Notes: a model not told the origin generated them from the sequence alone. DNA of 62,955 bases, filler included, from Basidiobolus ranarum (GCA_040143965.1; 49 parts of 49 records of this genome joined end to end with filler, not necessarily neighbours in it), one strand, 5' to 3'. Positions 1-11,620 are shown, counted from the first letter of the whole stretch. Translations and numbers: made by a program.

Positions 1-211
1 CAAAACTACTGGTGTTTTGTAATGCAGGAGCTGTTGTGCCCAATTGAAAATCAGGATACTGTGTTAGTGAGGGATAAATGATTGGCCTAAAAACATGTGA
101 ATGTCTTGGTTATACATTTGATTGGGTAAAATACAGTATAAATTGTTTATTATTACATATTCAGTAATTTGTAAGTTACAAATTAGGGGATGAACTTGCT
201 TTGTTAGTTAC

Positions 212-442
212 CCAAAATTGTAATTTGGCAATACTAAATCCAGTAACTTGGTATGGGTTGGCACAATATCTCCAATAAAATTATCATGTCAAATTTTGGT
301 GTGATAGTGCCATATTGTTCCTTATAGTGTCCAATCAAGTGTTATAGGACCCAGCCATGGTACTTGACAGATCATGCCAGATGGTGTACTAGTAGGCTGG
401 ATCAAGTGGCACAATCTGACCTGGTCTGATGGAACAAGTCTA
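212..442. mobile_element. PIF/Harbinger-like transposon end A (terminates ...ATGGAACAAGTCTA, followed by TTA)
   Basis: Same terminus at 38671-38901, also followed by TTA; inverted match to TAGACTTGTTCCAT at 900; interrupts the CACTA accessory ORF. Confidence 0.75.
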
Positions 443-899
443 TTATGGTGTTCTGCATGCAATTCCCTTGTTGTCATAATTTTATCCAAATTTTCTATGT
501 AGGGTTGTTCAATAGTGGGCAAAGTAACCATTTTAGAAGTCAATGGTCTTGACAGTATTTTGATTGAACTTTGCTCAACTATTGACTTATTATGTAATTG
601 GGGGGCTACAATCTCTTTACTTGCACCATTGCTGGAAATGTACATATCTGGTAAACTGATTAATGCTTCTTCCTTACCTGAGTTAGTTACTGGCATATTA
701 ATGCCTTTCAAAGTGGATAATGGAGTGCTAGACTGCTCATCAACTAAGTTGTTTGTTCTTGCTGGTTTCTTTCCTTTTGTGCTAACAGGATCTGGTTTGG
801 AAACTGATTTTGATTTAGATTATAGATGCTTTTTGAATGGCATTGACATTTTCAGATGGTAAGCTTGGTGTAATGAAATTGCTTAGAAACAGCTTATAA
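443..899 (-). pseudogene. Fragment of CACTA accessory ORF (5' part and upstream region)
   Basis: Colinear with 22303-22760 (LPD..SNGA..EIV.PQLH.KS.VEQSS.K..SRP.TSKM). Confidence 0.8.
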
Positions 900-1192
900 T
901 AGACTTGTTCCATTTTATTGAGCCAGATCTGGCCAGCTAAAAAGTGTGCCAGCACAGATTGGCATGATTGGGCACTATCCAGCACAATGTTATTTACTGT
1001 TTTGGAAACAGTTTATTTTACTTTTGTGGTATATTTAAGAAAAGTACTTTTAGACATTATTGCACATTCAAAAGATGATGGAAGCTTTATTCATAGTGTC
1101 TTAAGTCTAGAGCTCTCAATGGATATCTTTGAGTATGGATGTATTGAGAATTAATCAAGATTTTGACTACTTTGCCTAACTTTGATTGAGGC
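900..1192 (-). mobile_element. PIF/Harbinger-like transposon end B (downstream of the transposase)
   Basis: Starts TAA|TAGACTTGTTCCAT; reverse complement of about 29820-30096, which follows the transposase C-terminus. Confidence 0.75.
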
Positions 1193-1292
1193 NNNNNNNN
1201 NNNNNNNNNNNNNNNNNNNNNNNNNNNNNNNNNNNNTTAATTAATTAANNNNNNNNNNNNNNNNNNNNNNNNNNNNNNNNNNNNNNNNNNNN
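1193..1292. other. Artificial contig linker (first of 48): 44 N + TTAATTAATTAA + 44 N
   Basis: Identical 100-bp spacer recurring about every 1.29 kb; TTAATTAATTAA gives stops in all six frames; contig lengths fall monotonically from 1192 to 1182 bp. Confidence 0.99.
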
Positions 1293-1401
1293 ACCAAAAT
1301 GTATAAATGCTTAATTTCTGGTCAATAAATAATTATCTCACAAAGCTATTCACAACTCCACTTTTCTAAAGTTCCTCCAAACAGCCCATATTTTCCCAAT
1401 A
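1293..1401 (+). mobile_element. Copia LTR family A, 3' fragment
   Basis: Matches the 3' end of 8531-8907; ends CCCAATA. Confidence 0.85.
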
Positions 1402-2378
1402 ATAACAGTTGCAGCCAAGGTGAATTCACTGTGGCCTCAGATTTAAAATGTGCTGCTGATAATCAGCATTGGTTGCAGTAATGATTTGAATATTCCCTAA
1501 TGCCAAATAGCTTGAGCAAGCTTAGTTTCGTTCATGAACATTCATTAGCCTCTGTTGCAGTCACTATCTTGAATATATATATTTCATTTTGCCATACAGG
1601 TAATGATTTAAATAAGCAAGCCTGTAGAAATAATATGAAGATCAACATAATATGGAGATGTGGCCATATACTTGCTCAAGTTAATAACAATACAAATCAA
1701 GAAGCTTTCTGATTCCACTCCCTTGAGATTTCTCTACGCTGTCAACGGAGCTGAACCATCCCTGATAATTGCCTACTGAAATTTGAACATATTGCTTTAA
1801 CTTTGGGTATGAAACTTCTATTTTCTATCAATCATAAGAGCCAAAGTCAATAGACTGCTTATTTTTACCTTTTTGTGAATAATAATCTTTATTTTGTTTA
1901 GATGATGCTGAAAGATGTTGATAGTTGGACTATGGCATGCTCTTCTTTCTTAGGTAAAACTGTTGAGTCGGCCTCATGACTTGGGATGCCTTCAATAGGA
2001 ACCAAACCTTTTATTTACACATATATAGAATACGAGTATATATAGATGGTAATGATGTATATAGCTTACTGTAGAAACAGCTATAATAAAGCTTGGTGGA
2101 GAAGGATAGAAAATTACAACAATACAAATACAATGTGTAGGAACCGAATAATTCCGTTCAATGCTAGCCACAGACAAGTATGTCACCTTATGGATAATGA
2201 AGCTGCGTCAAGGTAGTTTCGGGCTTTTAAAGTACGAATCATGACTAGCTTAAGGTCAAAATCAAACAAAAGAATGAAGGTGGCATGCGGCTCAGGTCTG
2301 TGGAGCGTTGTGAGAGATCTCATGAGAATTAGACATGTATCAAAAGAGTTCAGATATATCCAGAGAAACCTGGCCGGA

Positions 2379-2484
2379 TCAAAGCTTTAATTCGCTCAGG
2401 ATTTTGGAACAGGCATTCTTATATTCCCAGGGATTTCCAACTAGTCTTCTAAACCTGATTCCATGAAGACCTGGTAGCCACGTG
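2379..2484 (-). CDS. C-terminus (KA1 domain) of a MARK/Kin1-type protein kinase, partial
   Basis: Manual translation TWLPGLHGIRFRRLVGNPWEYKNACSKILSELKL*, typical KA1 tail; not in ORF track. Confidence 0.8.
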
Positions 2485-2584
2485 NNNNNNNNNNNNNNNN
2501 NNNNNNNNNNNNNNNNNNNNNNNNNNNNTTAATTAATTAANNNNNNNNNNNNNNNNNNNNNNNNNNNNNNNNNNNNNNNNNNNN

Positions 2585-3776
2585 TCTTAAAGTTTTGATG
2601 AAATCACCCAAATATAGATCATTGATCCAATACCAAAGTACTCACCATAAAGCTGATGGTATTACCAATATACTTGATGGATATCACTACCAGAATCTGA
2701 AAAGTCAAGGTTTCTTTGAGAACACGTATGATCATGCATTTGCATTGGCTCTGGATGGTTTCTCACTAAACAAATATACCGTTGGAAAGGCTTGCTGGCC
2801 AATAATTTTAATCAACTTAAATCTTCCTCCTTCTGAACGGTATAAGAGTCATAATATTTTGATACTATCCATCATATCTGGACCTAAATCACCAGTGCTT
2901 ATAGATAGCTTCTTGGAGCCTTTGATTGCGGAATTTGAACGGTTATCTAATGGGGTTCAGATGGGTGAATATTTTATTAAAGCTAATATCATTGTATGTA
3001 TTGGTGACACTCCTGCCATCAGTAAACTTGGAGGTTTTCGCGGGCACAATGCACTATCTTGCTGTAGATTTTGTCAAATCAATGGAGTTTACTCTAACAG
3101 GCATACGCATTACTACTATCCAAATACAACACTAAACTCCATGATTTTACCGTCAAGAGCCCGGTCAGATTTCAACATGATCACTGATATCAATTCACCA
3201 AATAGTCAGTCTAACATCAAACTTGGTATTAGCCGTAAGCCTAAGATTATATTGCTAAAGGGGATCAGCTGGAGCCAGAGCTTCCCATTAGGCACCATGC
3301 ACTTACTATTCAACAACATTCCAATACTACTTACTCAGCTATATAGTGGAAAATTCAATATGAATGAGCCATTTGAGATAGGATCAAATTTGAATTGATT
3401 GGGAAAATGCTTGAAAACGTCAAGATACCATCATATTTTACCAGGACTCCCATCAATATCCACTTGTCTAGGCATTTATTCAGATGCAAAGACTGGAAGT
3501 ATTGGATTGGTATATATTCAAGTGGAATTTTGAAAAGATTTCTGCCTGATAGGTATTGGCAACATTGGGAGATGTTTGTGTATATTGTTAATATATTCTT
3601 ATGGCATCAACTCACATTGGGAGATCTCAGGCAGATACAGCAACTGTGCAAAGATTTTGTAATTCGATATGAAAAACTTTATTACAGGTTTAAAGAAGAT
3701 AGACTGAATCTATGGCGGTATTAAATACATTCCCTGCTGCATCTTTCACGATGCTTAGAGATTATAGGCCCTTGCT
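2585..3776 (+). pseudogene. CACTA/EnSpm (Transposase_21-type) transposase core, frameshifted
   Basis: Motifs ALDGF, WPIILINLNLPPSER, ISGPKSP, GDTPAISKLGGFRGHNALSCCRFC, MHLLFNNI, CKDWKYW. Confidence 0.9.
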
Positions 3777-3876
3777 NNNNNNNNNNNNNNNNNNNNNNNN
3801 NNNNNNNNNNNNNNNNNNNNTTAATTAATTAANNNNNNNNNNNNNNNNNNNNNNNNNNNNNNNNNNNNNNNNNNNN

Positions 3877-4058
3877 TTGCCCCAAAGATAGCTCATTTTA
3901 CTCCCACAGATGTTCTGAACACAACCCCAGTGTTAGTTTTCTGTATATCCACCAAAAAGTATAAATGCTTTATTTCTGGACAATAAATAATTATCGCACA
4001 AAGCTATTCACAACTCCTCTTTTCTAAAGTTCCTCCAAACAGCCCATATTTTCCCAAT
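3877..4058 (+). mobile_element. Copia LTR family A, 3' half
   Basis: Matches 8531-8907; ends CCCAATA. Confidence 0.85.
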
Positions 4059-4059
4059 A

Positions 4060-4905
4060 ATTTATACAAATTGTTGGTCATAATTTTGGCATAAATATGA
4101 CATATACAATGCATCCAAAGATCCTCAAATGTTTTAAATCAGGTTTAACTCCAAACCAAGCTTAATATGATGTAAAGTTAGATACACTTCAGGTCAAACC
4201 CCTATTCTTCAGATATATAGCTGTAGCAACATAATTTGTGCAAAAGTTGTGAGATAAATTTTGTGCACATATCATAGATTTTGCAATTTATACTGTAGTC
4301 CTGTTACCTCTTTCATCATCTCCATTTGTGTTGAGGTCATTAGGGGCTAGTAGTTTGTTGCATAATAACATGAACTTTGCAAAAGGGATTATATTGTATT
4401 GCAGCATATTCTCCACCATTATCAGTAAATACTTCATTGATTCTAGTTCCAGTTTCAGTCTTCATAAGTATTTTAAAATCTTTAAAGATAAAGAGAGCTT
4501 TTTCTTTCTGACCTATAAAGTTGACCCAAGTGTATCTCTTAAAGTTGCTAATAAGCGTAATTATATTTGTTTTTCCACCTAAAGATAAACTTTGTGTAGT
4601 TCCACACAAATTTCAATGAATTAATGAATTAGATCCAATTTTTTGACAGATTTAGTTTAAGCTATTAGATGGCTGCCTGGCTTGTTTTCCATATTTGCTA
4701 CCATCACAAATATCTATATTGACTGGGGGGTTAATTTTAATTCAATACCAGAAATTAGATGAATTTTCTTCATTTTGCTCAAATTATCAAATTTAAAATG
4801 GCCAACTCCTTAATGCCATAATAGAATAGTTTCTTGATTGGCATAACTTATGCTTAAACATAAACCTCTTGGATTATATCCAAGTTTTTATAAGTTCAGA
4901 ACCTT
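4060..4905 (-). pseudogene. Degenerate Copia integrase region
   Basis: CGTTQSLSLGGK..TDNGGEY; homologous to 48275-48846. Confidence 0.85.
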
Positions 4906-4923
4906 TGCTTCAAAAGCTTAATA

Positions 4924-5059
4924 ATATGGAGATCTTGGGTTCAGGAGTTGGATTTGCAGGATAGTTAGGTGGAGCTGGATTCTGTACTTGGGTGAGAGAA
5001 GCACAAAGCTCTTGATTTTCTTGCTGAAGCTGAGTAAGAGCTTGCATGATATCTTCCAT
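4924..5059 (-). pseudogene. Ty3/Gypsy gag N-terminus
   Basis: Manual translation MEDIMQALTQLQQENQELCASLTQVQNPAPPNYPANPTPEPKISI (coiled coil followed by EPKIS motif). Confidence 0.6.
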
Positions 5060-5722
5060 TGTAGGGGNNNNNNNNNNNNNNNNNNNNNNNNNNNNNNNNN
5101 NNNNNNNNNNNTTAATTAATTAANNNNNNNNNNNNNNNNNNNNNNNNNNNNNNNNNNNNNNNNNNNNATGACCATGCTGTATCATTTACCTAGCCTGTGA
5201 TAAAAACCTCAGAAGTGTCTAGTTCCAGTTATTCTCTCTTCTGTTTCACTTGCTCAATGGGGCAAAATTTTATAAGGTAATAATCTTGGTAAACTAACAT
5301 GATTTGATCAGATAACACCTTTTTGAAATTTTCATTTTACTTGATAATATATATATTCTTTACAGTCTACGAACGTAAAAAGATGTAGCGAGTGACCTTT
5401 AGGTGCATATTGGTAGGAATAATTGGTCATAAATCATTATCAGATTTGGGAGATGTAAGTATTGGGCAAAGTTCCCCAATATGGAAAATCAGATAATTAA
5501 AGAAATATATCTGATGTAAACTCAGTAAGCTATTATTAAAAGAAGAATACTGAATACTAAACAAAGGTAACGCTACAGAATAGTAAAATGCGATCGGCAA
5601 ATGAAGAAATATAGCCTTACACAATATGGATATCATAATGACAAATGGAATCAAATGTTGAATTTTTGCCTAACAAGTTGTTCACTAAGAGACCAGAGCT
5701 CACGGGCATTGGCTTTGTCTAG

Positions 5723-5899
5723 TTCATATTCCATGATAACGGCGTTAGGAATCGTGACCTGACTGCTGCTTTGAACTTTAGACATATTATTTTTAAATTG
5801 CGCCCAAGTGGGAAAAGACCAGAACGTTTTTACAGATTGAAGGAACCTCTCTCCACCGAGTATAAAAGAAAGGGTATCTCATCAGCTAGCAGCAGTTGA
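5723..5899 (+). pseudogene. Fanzor/TnpB-like nuclease C-terminal remnant (RuvC-III region)
   Basis: Manual translation FIFHDNGVRNRDLTAALNFRHIIFKLRPSGKRPERFYRLKEPLSTEYKRKGISSASSS*; NRDxxAAxN motif plus GxRPERF tail. Confidence 0.65.
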
Positions 5900-6500
5900 C
5901 CAACTCAAAAAGCAAACAATCCTGTGTGGTTATCGCTACGTTAAACATTTGAAACAGAGTAAATCTTTGAACATTTTTTCTTTTGTCATGTGTCTTCACT
6001 TATCTCCAATTTTTTGCGATCGTCCTATTCATTTTTTTAATTCATCTCATTTTAGATTAAAACACTGTATGAATGGATTCTGTATAACTTCGAATCGTTG
6101 CTAGCGTTCCAATTCTTTCCTTACGATGCATCCATTCATGCAGCTTTTCTCGGTACTTGGCTTAACAGATACATTCATACGGAGCTATGAGTTCGAAACC
6201 CATTCGATTCATTTATTTTACAATGAATAAGATACGTATTGATCATTTTCTATTTGGAATTAATATTGGTTATGTTCACATGTTTGATAAATGGTAGATT
6301 GTGATTTCTCAAGTCAGTAAACGGTGAACTACCCGGGTTGCAATCCGAGCTCACCTGGNNNNNNNNNNNNNNNNNNNNNNNNNNNNNNNNNNNNNNNNNN
6401 NNTTAATTAATTAANNNNNNNNNNNNNNNNNNNNNNNNNNNNNNNNNNNNNNNNNNNNTTGTCGCAGGCTACTCTACGTACGCAAAATATCTATACTTAC

Positions 6501-6590
6501 CCGAAGTCGGTGTTGATTCAAAATGTTTACATTGACTACTTCTCTTCGTGTGATGCCCAGGTTTACTACAATCCATGCATCTGACTACAA
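6501..6590 (-). CDS. Probable small exon encoding a CxxC-GH-C zinc knuckle
   Basis: TTTAG acceptor and GTAAGT donor flank VRCMDCSKPGHHTKRSSQCKHFESTPTS. Confidence 0.4.
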
Positions 6591-7749
6591 CTAAACACGG
6601 TAGTATGTATATTAAACAAACCGTACACTATATATATGGTAAACCTTAAAAAGTTTATCTTCTTCTATCTCTTTCTTTCGATTCCAGACCCTTTTTAAAA
6701 TATCATGAATTCTTTCTCTAAACATTTGGTTTTCTGTAAAGACAATTGATGAATTTTTCGTGTTATATATAAATCATGTATTTCTAATTTATGATTGGTC
6801 AAAGATCACTGTATCATTTGCAAAAGGCTCTTTATATCAGTGTTTCTTATGATTAATGATTTTTGTTTCAAGTCCAATGGACATGTAAGTATAAGGGGAA
6901 AGCTAAACTAACTGATCGGTCATAGCACACCAGCACCATCCAGAGGAAAGTAAACGTCAATCACCAGCTGCATAATAAAAATAAGTAATGCAGTACTGGG
7001 AGTGGGACGGGTTTTATTCTTATCATAGCTACCCTGATGGCCATCCAATAAAAATAGTCAAAATATCCAGAAATAACTTGGAAATATCCAATAAAAAAAG
7101 TGTACCATCCAAAAAAAAGCTTAAATACTATAATAAGCCACAAAATAAAATATACTCATTAAACAATGATTTATGTCGTATTTACTTCGAACGTTCCTGT
7201 TAACATGCTCACTCTCTAGAATTTTGATGCCCTTACCCTTAATAAATAAAGTATGCTTTAGCTAAATAATTATAAAATTTAGAAACGGCATCACAGTATA
7301 GACACCTATTTATTTGTCAAAAATTATGGTAGTGTAATGAATTCAAGATGTAACTACGAACATAGTGTAGTGCAGAAGAGATACTGCAGTAATTATTAAT
7401 ATATATCACAAATACTGGCTTTAAGGCACCTTGGCATGTAGAAAAGTTATGCAAATAGAATGAAGGCTCGTTCATCGATGTGGCCACCAATGTTAGTTGT
7501 GTTGTCTTGTCTTCTTACTTTCCGAATCAACTTGGGAACGATGATAAATTGTAGAGAACATAAGGAAATGGGTCATTTAGATATACCTGCTCAGCAAATG
7601 TATTTACACCCGAATGGCCCAAGGCTTCTCCCCTTCTTTGCGTTCGATCNNNNNNNNNNNNNNNNNNNNNNNNNNNNNNNNNNNNNNNNNNNNTTAATTA
7701 ATTAANNNNNNNNNNNNNNNNNNNNNNNNNNNNNNNNNNNNNNNNNNNN

Positions 7750-8124
7750 ATGTGCATATGTAGAGACTAAACACAACAAGATTCTTGCATTTTTTGATTC
7801 TCATTATGGCTGGAATACAAGCCTAAAATATCTAAATAAAGGCATGCATATCAATTTGAATTCCTAGAGCAGTAAACCCTGTAATTTGCCGTTCAAAAAT
7901 TATACTTTGCAAAAATTGCTGGATATTGAAAAACGCATGCCAAATTTGAGGATCAATATTTTAACATGTATGAAATTTGTAACAATACCATCAAGAAACC
8001 ACTGTCACACCATCAAAATCCCTGGTCAAATGCAAGCCACTAATATTGTGATGGTTATCTGACGGTTTTGCTCTGTTGGAGGGTGGATCCAATCCAGATC
8101 AAATCAAGTATATCTTTGTTAGAG
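7750..8124. mobile_element. CACTA right-terminal region
   Basis: Reverse complement of 56104-56480; also matches 27090-27292. Confidence 0.8.
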
Positions 8125-8530
8125 GAATAACACATGGATCCTTGAGGACATACCTACTGGAGGAAAAACCATTGGTAATAGATGGGTGCTGAAACTGAAA
8201 CTTAACTCAGATGGATGTACCCTACTGGTACAAAGCAAGATTAGCAGGAAAAGGCTCTGCTCAGGAACATGGCATTGACTACAACAAAACATTTTCTCCC
8301 ATTGCTAAGTTTACCTCAATCAGAGTAATACTAGCCATTACTACCCACCAAGGAATGCTGATTGAACAAATGGATGTTAAGACAGCATTTCTTACCTGGG
8401 AAACTGATGAAGATAAATAGATGGATCAACCAGAGGGATATATAGCCAAAGGAAAAGAAAATCAAGTATGAAAGCTACAGAGTAGTCTGTATGGTCTGAA
8501 ACAGGCTCCTTGTGCATGAACTAACAAAAT
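8125..8530 (+). pseudogene. Copia reverse transcriptase fragment
   Basis: YKARL, GIDYNKTFSPIAK, QMDVKTAFL, SLYGLKQAP motifs with stops. Confidence 0.9.
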
Positions 8531-8919
8531 TGTTGAAGTTTATTGTCTTTATCATATTTGTTATCTCTATCTTTATACACCTAGCTATTTCATATATCAC
8601 ATGTAAGCTAGTTAAAGTTACTTAGTCAAATATCACTTAACTAAAAATCAGAACATATATTATATATATATGTGAATAATGTGAGAATTAGCAATTCCAT
8701 ATTGGAAATTTCAAACTCATCCAAATTGCCCCAAAGATAGCTCATTTTACTACCACAGATGTTTTGAACACAACCCCAGTGTTAGTTTTCTGTATTTCCA
8801 CCAAAATGTATAAATGCTTTATTTCTGGACAATAAATAATTATCTCACAAAGCTATTCACAACACCACTGTTCTAAAGTTCCTCCAAACAGCCCATATTT
8901 CCCAATAGGTTATGAGCCC
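8531..8919 (+). mobile_element. Complete Copia LTR family A (8531-8907, TGTTG...CAATA) plus PBS GGTTATGAGCCC
   Basis: About 10 copies in the window; followed by PBS here and at 60323; preceded by a purine tract in other copies. Confidence 0.9.
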
Positions 8920-9040
8920 CATGTTATAACCTTTAAAGCANNNNNNNNNNNNNNNNNNNNNNNNNNNNNNNNNNNNNNNNNNNNTTAATTAATTAANNNN
9001 NNNNNNNNNNNNNNNNNNNNNNNNNNNNNNNNNNNNNNNN

Positions 9041-9600
9041 GAGCAAGTCTATCAAGAAACTCTGCACCATAATGCTCATAAATCACCTCACCCCGAACTG
9101 CCTATATCCCAACCAAATTGACCTCGTACATAAGCTACAGAATGGCTTTGGACAGATACAAATTGAACAAACAATGAACCTATTGAAAACCTTATTGCTC
9201 AAGATTAAGATTGATATAGAGAAACAAGCTAAGACTTGCCCTAGTTGGCAAATCAATCAGAGACAAACCCAAGGACCTGTAGAAATATTCCATGTGAAAC
9301 CAGTAGGACTATTTGAAAGATAAAGAACTGATTTCATTGTAAAACTACTCACTACCAGAAGCAGCAACCAGTGGATTCTTGTTACCATTGATCATGTAAC
9401 TTAGTGGCCAGTTACCAAAGAAGTTCCAATTGTCAGTGAAGAAGAAGTTGCAAATTTCCGATACCATGAATTTTGATGGAGGTTGGATGCCCTGTTGAGA
9501 TTCTAATGGACTTCTAAGCAAACCCTTACTACATATGTGAATGTGACTAAGACTTTCTAGCCAAGCAGAATAAGTACTGGATCATTAAGCCTACACAGCA
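9041..9600 (+). pseudogene. Degenerate Ty3/Gypsy integrase
   Basis: KTCPSWQINQ..FER, then DFI...SNQWILVTIDHVT.WP in manual translation. Confidence 0.7.
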
Positions 9601-9639
9601 ACCTAAAATTGGTTAGAAATATATTGGTAGAGTTCTTAT

Positions 9640-9890
9640 ACAGGAGCCACAAACAAAATGCTCTGCATGGCACAGCTGCCATGACTTGTGCTGATGACAA
9701 CTAGTTTAACAATTTGGAAACTGTGCAGACTGAAGCCCCAAATCACCTTGATTTGAGCCAAACATGGAAAACAAGCAACTGGATGTTACTTGGAGCATTC
9801 TTGACTTTTTTTAAGTAGCCTGTCCTGGGTGCTGGCAAGCATGTGACAATTGGGCCAGTATTGACCAATTCATAAAACCTCTCACAACTA
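9640..9890 (+). pseudogene. Diverged fragment of CACTA accessory ORF
   Basis: Similar to 44850-44995 (GCTGCCAT.ACTTG..CTGATGA...AATCACCT.GATTTGAG). Confidence 0.6.
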
Positions 9891-9896
9891 TAAATC

Positions 9897-10230
9897 TGTT
9901 GAAATTAGGTAAATAGCAACTCATTATTTAGTAGATAGTTTATTCATATTCTAATTATTTAGTACTCAATTCTGTCATTCAAAAATGTGTGTTTATTGCT
10001 CTAATTGATAGAAATATCAATTAGATCACTTTTGCCAATTTTCACTATTTTCTCAAAACTTCTCCAAATCATCTCAAATTTGCACCCATGCGTAACAGGC
10101 GTGTTTGTTATGATCTAAGCACGTCCAATAGTCCTATTTCATAGTAAACTATAAATAGGACATATTCAATTCAATAAAACTTAAGTGTCTAATTCACAAA
10201 TCCAAATCTTGACCAAAACACTTCCAAATC
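9897..10230 (+). mobile_element. Copia LTR family E
   Basis: Matches 40266-40616, which is followed by PBS and gag. Confidence 0.85.
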
Positions 10231-10330
10231 NNNNNNNNNNNNNNNNNNNNNNNNNNNNNNNNNNNNNNNNNNNNTTAATTAATTAANNNNNNNNNNNNNN
10301 NNNNNNNNNNNNNNNNNNNNNNNNNNNNNN

Positions 10331-11520
10331 AGGATTGGGTGATCGCGAAGAATAGTCTCCCAAGTGCTTTCAAACTTGATAAGATCAAAATCGCCAACAA
10401 GTTCAAACTGTTGTTGAATGTGATAATAGTCCGCATCCTTGAACATACCGGCAATGAGACCTTCCTGAAGTGGAGTACATGGAAGGATGTCTTCGATAAG
10501 ACCGCGATCAACTCCGATACTCGGCAGACTTTCGTTGTAGAAATGATTAAACTCTTCTTCAGAAAAGCTCAGCATGCTGAAATCACTTCGAGTATGCTCA
10601 GTGGTGTATATCTTGGCACAACAGTCTATTACATCACTAAGAGAGTCTTGCCATAAGAGAAGCCATTGAGACACAGATTCGTCTGAATGCAGATTGCTAT
10701 TATACGTAACTTCAGCTTTGAAGCAACCATGGTCCACACTTGCATTGATATCAAATACATGGTCTCGTCTCAGCTCATTGTCTACGTCGCCTAGATCAAA
10801 ATCGAAGGGTGCTTCAACGGGTTGGAAGAATGAGTTCTGATTCTCCAGCTGTTGGAAACGACCAAGATAGTTGAACCCAATTTGAATAATATCATCCTTG
10901 AACGGATTCTCTGGCTTGTTGCTCAGATATCGAAGTAGCCCATAGACAATTCCATTTCCTGGTAGGAGTTTTCGTTGATCCTTGACCCGCTTCAGAACAC
11001 TCAACTGATCGCAGTTTGCTCCAATCTCCACCACAAACGGATAGATTGTGGTGAACCAACCAACAGTTCTTGACACATCAATCCCATCGCGCCAGGCTTC
11101 TCTCCCATGCCCTTCCAAGCCAATAGTCATGCTATCCACACTGAATGCTTTGCAGTATGCAATAGCCAACGACGATATCATCAGATCGGTCGCTTCAGTT
11201 TGGAATGGACGGTTGCATTTCCCAAAGAGTTGCTCTGTTTGAGTGGGTGATAGTGTGAAGGACACATACTTGCTTGAGCTCATAGTATTGAGATCTAAGA
11301 GTGTTATATCATTCACGACAGGCTCAGAAATCTTCTGAGATGGCCACATGTTGAAATCCAGCTCTTGCGCATATTCATTCAACATCTCACTCCATTGCAT
11401 GAATGTCATTGACTTGTATCCGCACTCTTTCCCTTGAAGCAGTAGCTCCAAATCCTCCCAAATGATACGCCATGACACCAGATCAACGACCAAATGATGT
11501 ATGGTCATGAATAGCAACTG
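10331..11520 (-). CDS. Non-ribosomal peptide synthetase fragment: epimerization (E) domain followed by start of a condensation domain
   Basis: Open across the whole contig; HHLVVDLVSWRII, EGHGRE, SRTVGWFTTIYP, YGLLRY, FNYLG E-domain motifs, then PCTPLQEG. Confidence 0.93.
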
Positions 11521-11620
11521 NNNNNNNNNNNNNNNNNNNNNNNNNNNNNNNNNNNNNNNNNNNNTTAATTAATTAANNNNNNNNNNNNNNNNNNNNNNNN
11601 NNNNNNNNNNNNNNNNNNNN

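Noticed and set aside
6092-6210. tRNA-like T arm (ATGAGTTCGAAACCCAT-TCGATTC)
   Set aside because: No convincing A box, D arm or anticodon arm upstream.
6493-6502. ATACTTACC as the U1 snRNA 5' end
   Set aside because: No U1 body follows; it is the reverse complement of a GGTAAGTAT splice donor.
7604-7649. Possible gene 3' end IERKEGEKPWAIRV* on the minus strand
   Set aside because: Too short to assign.
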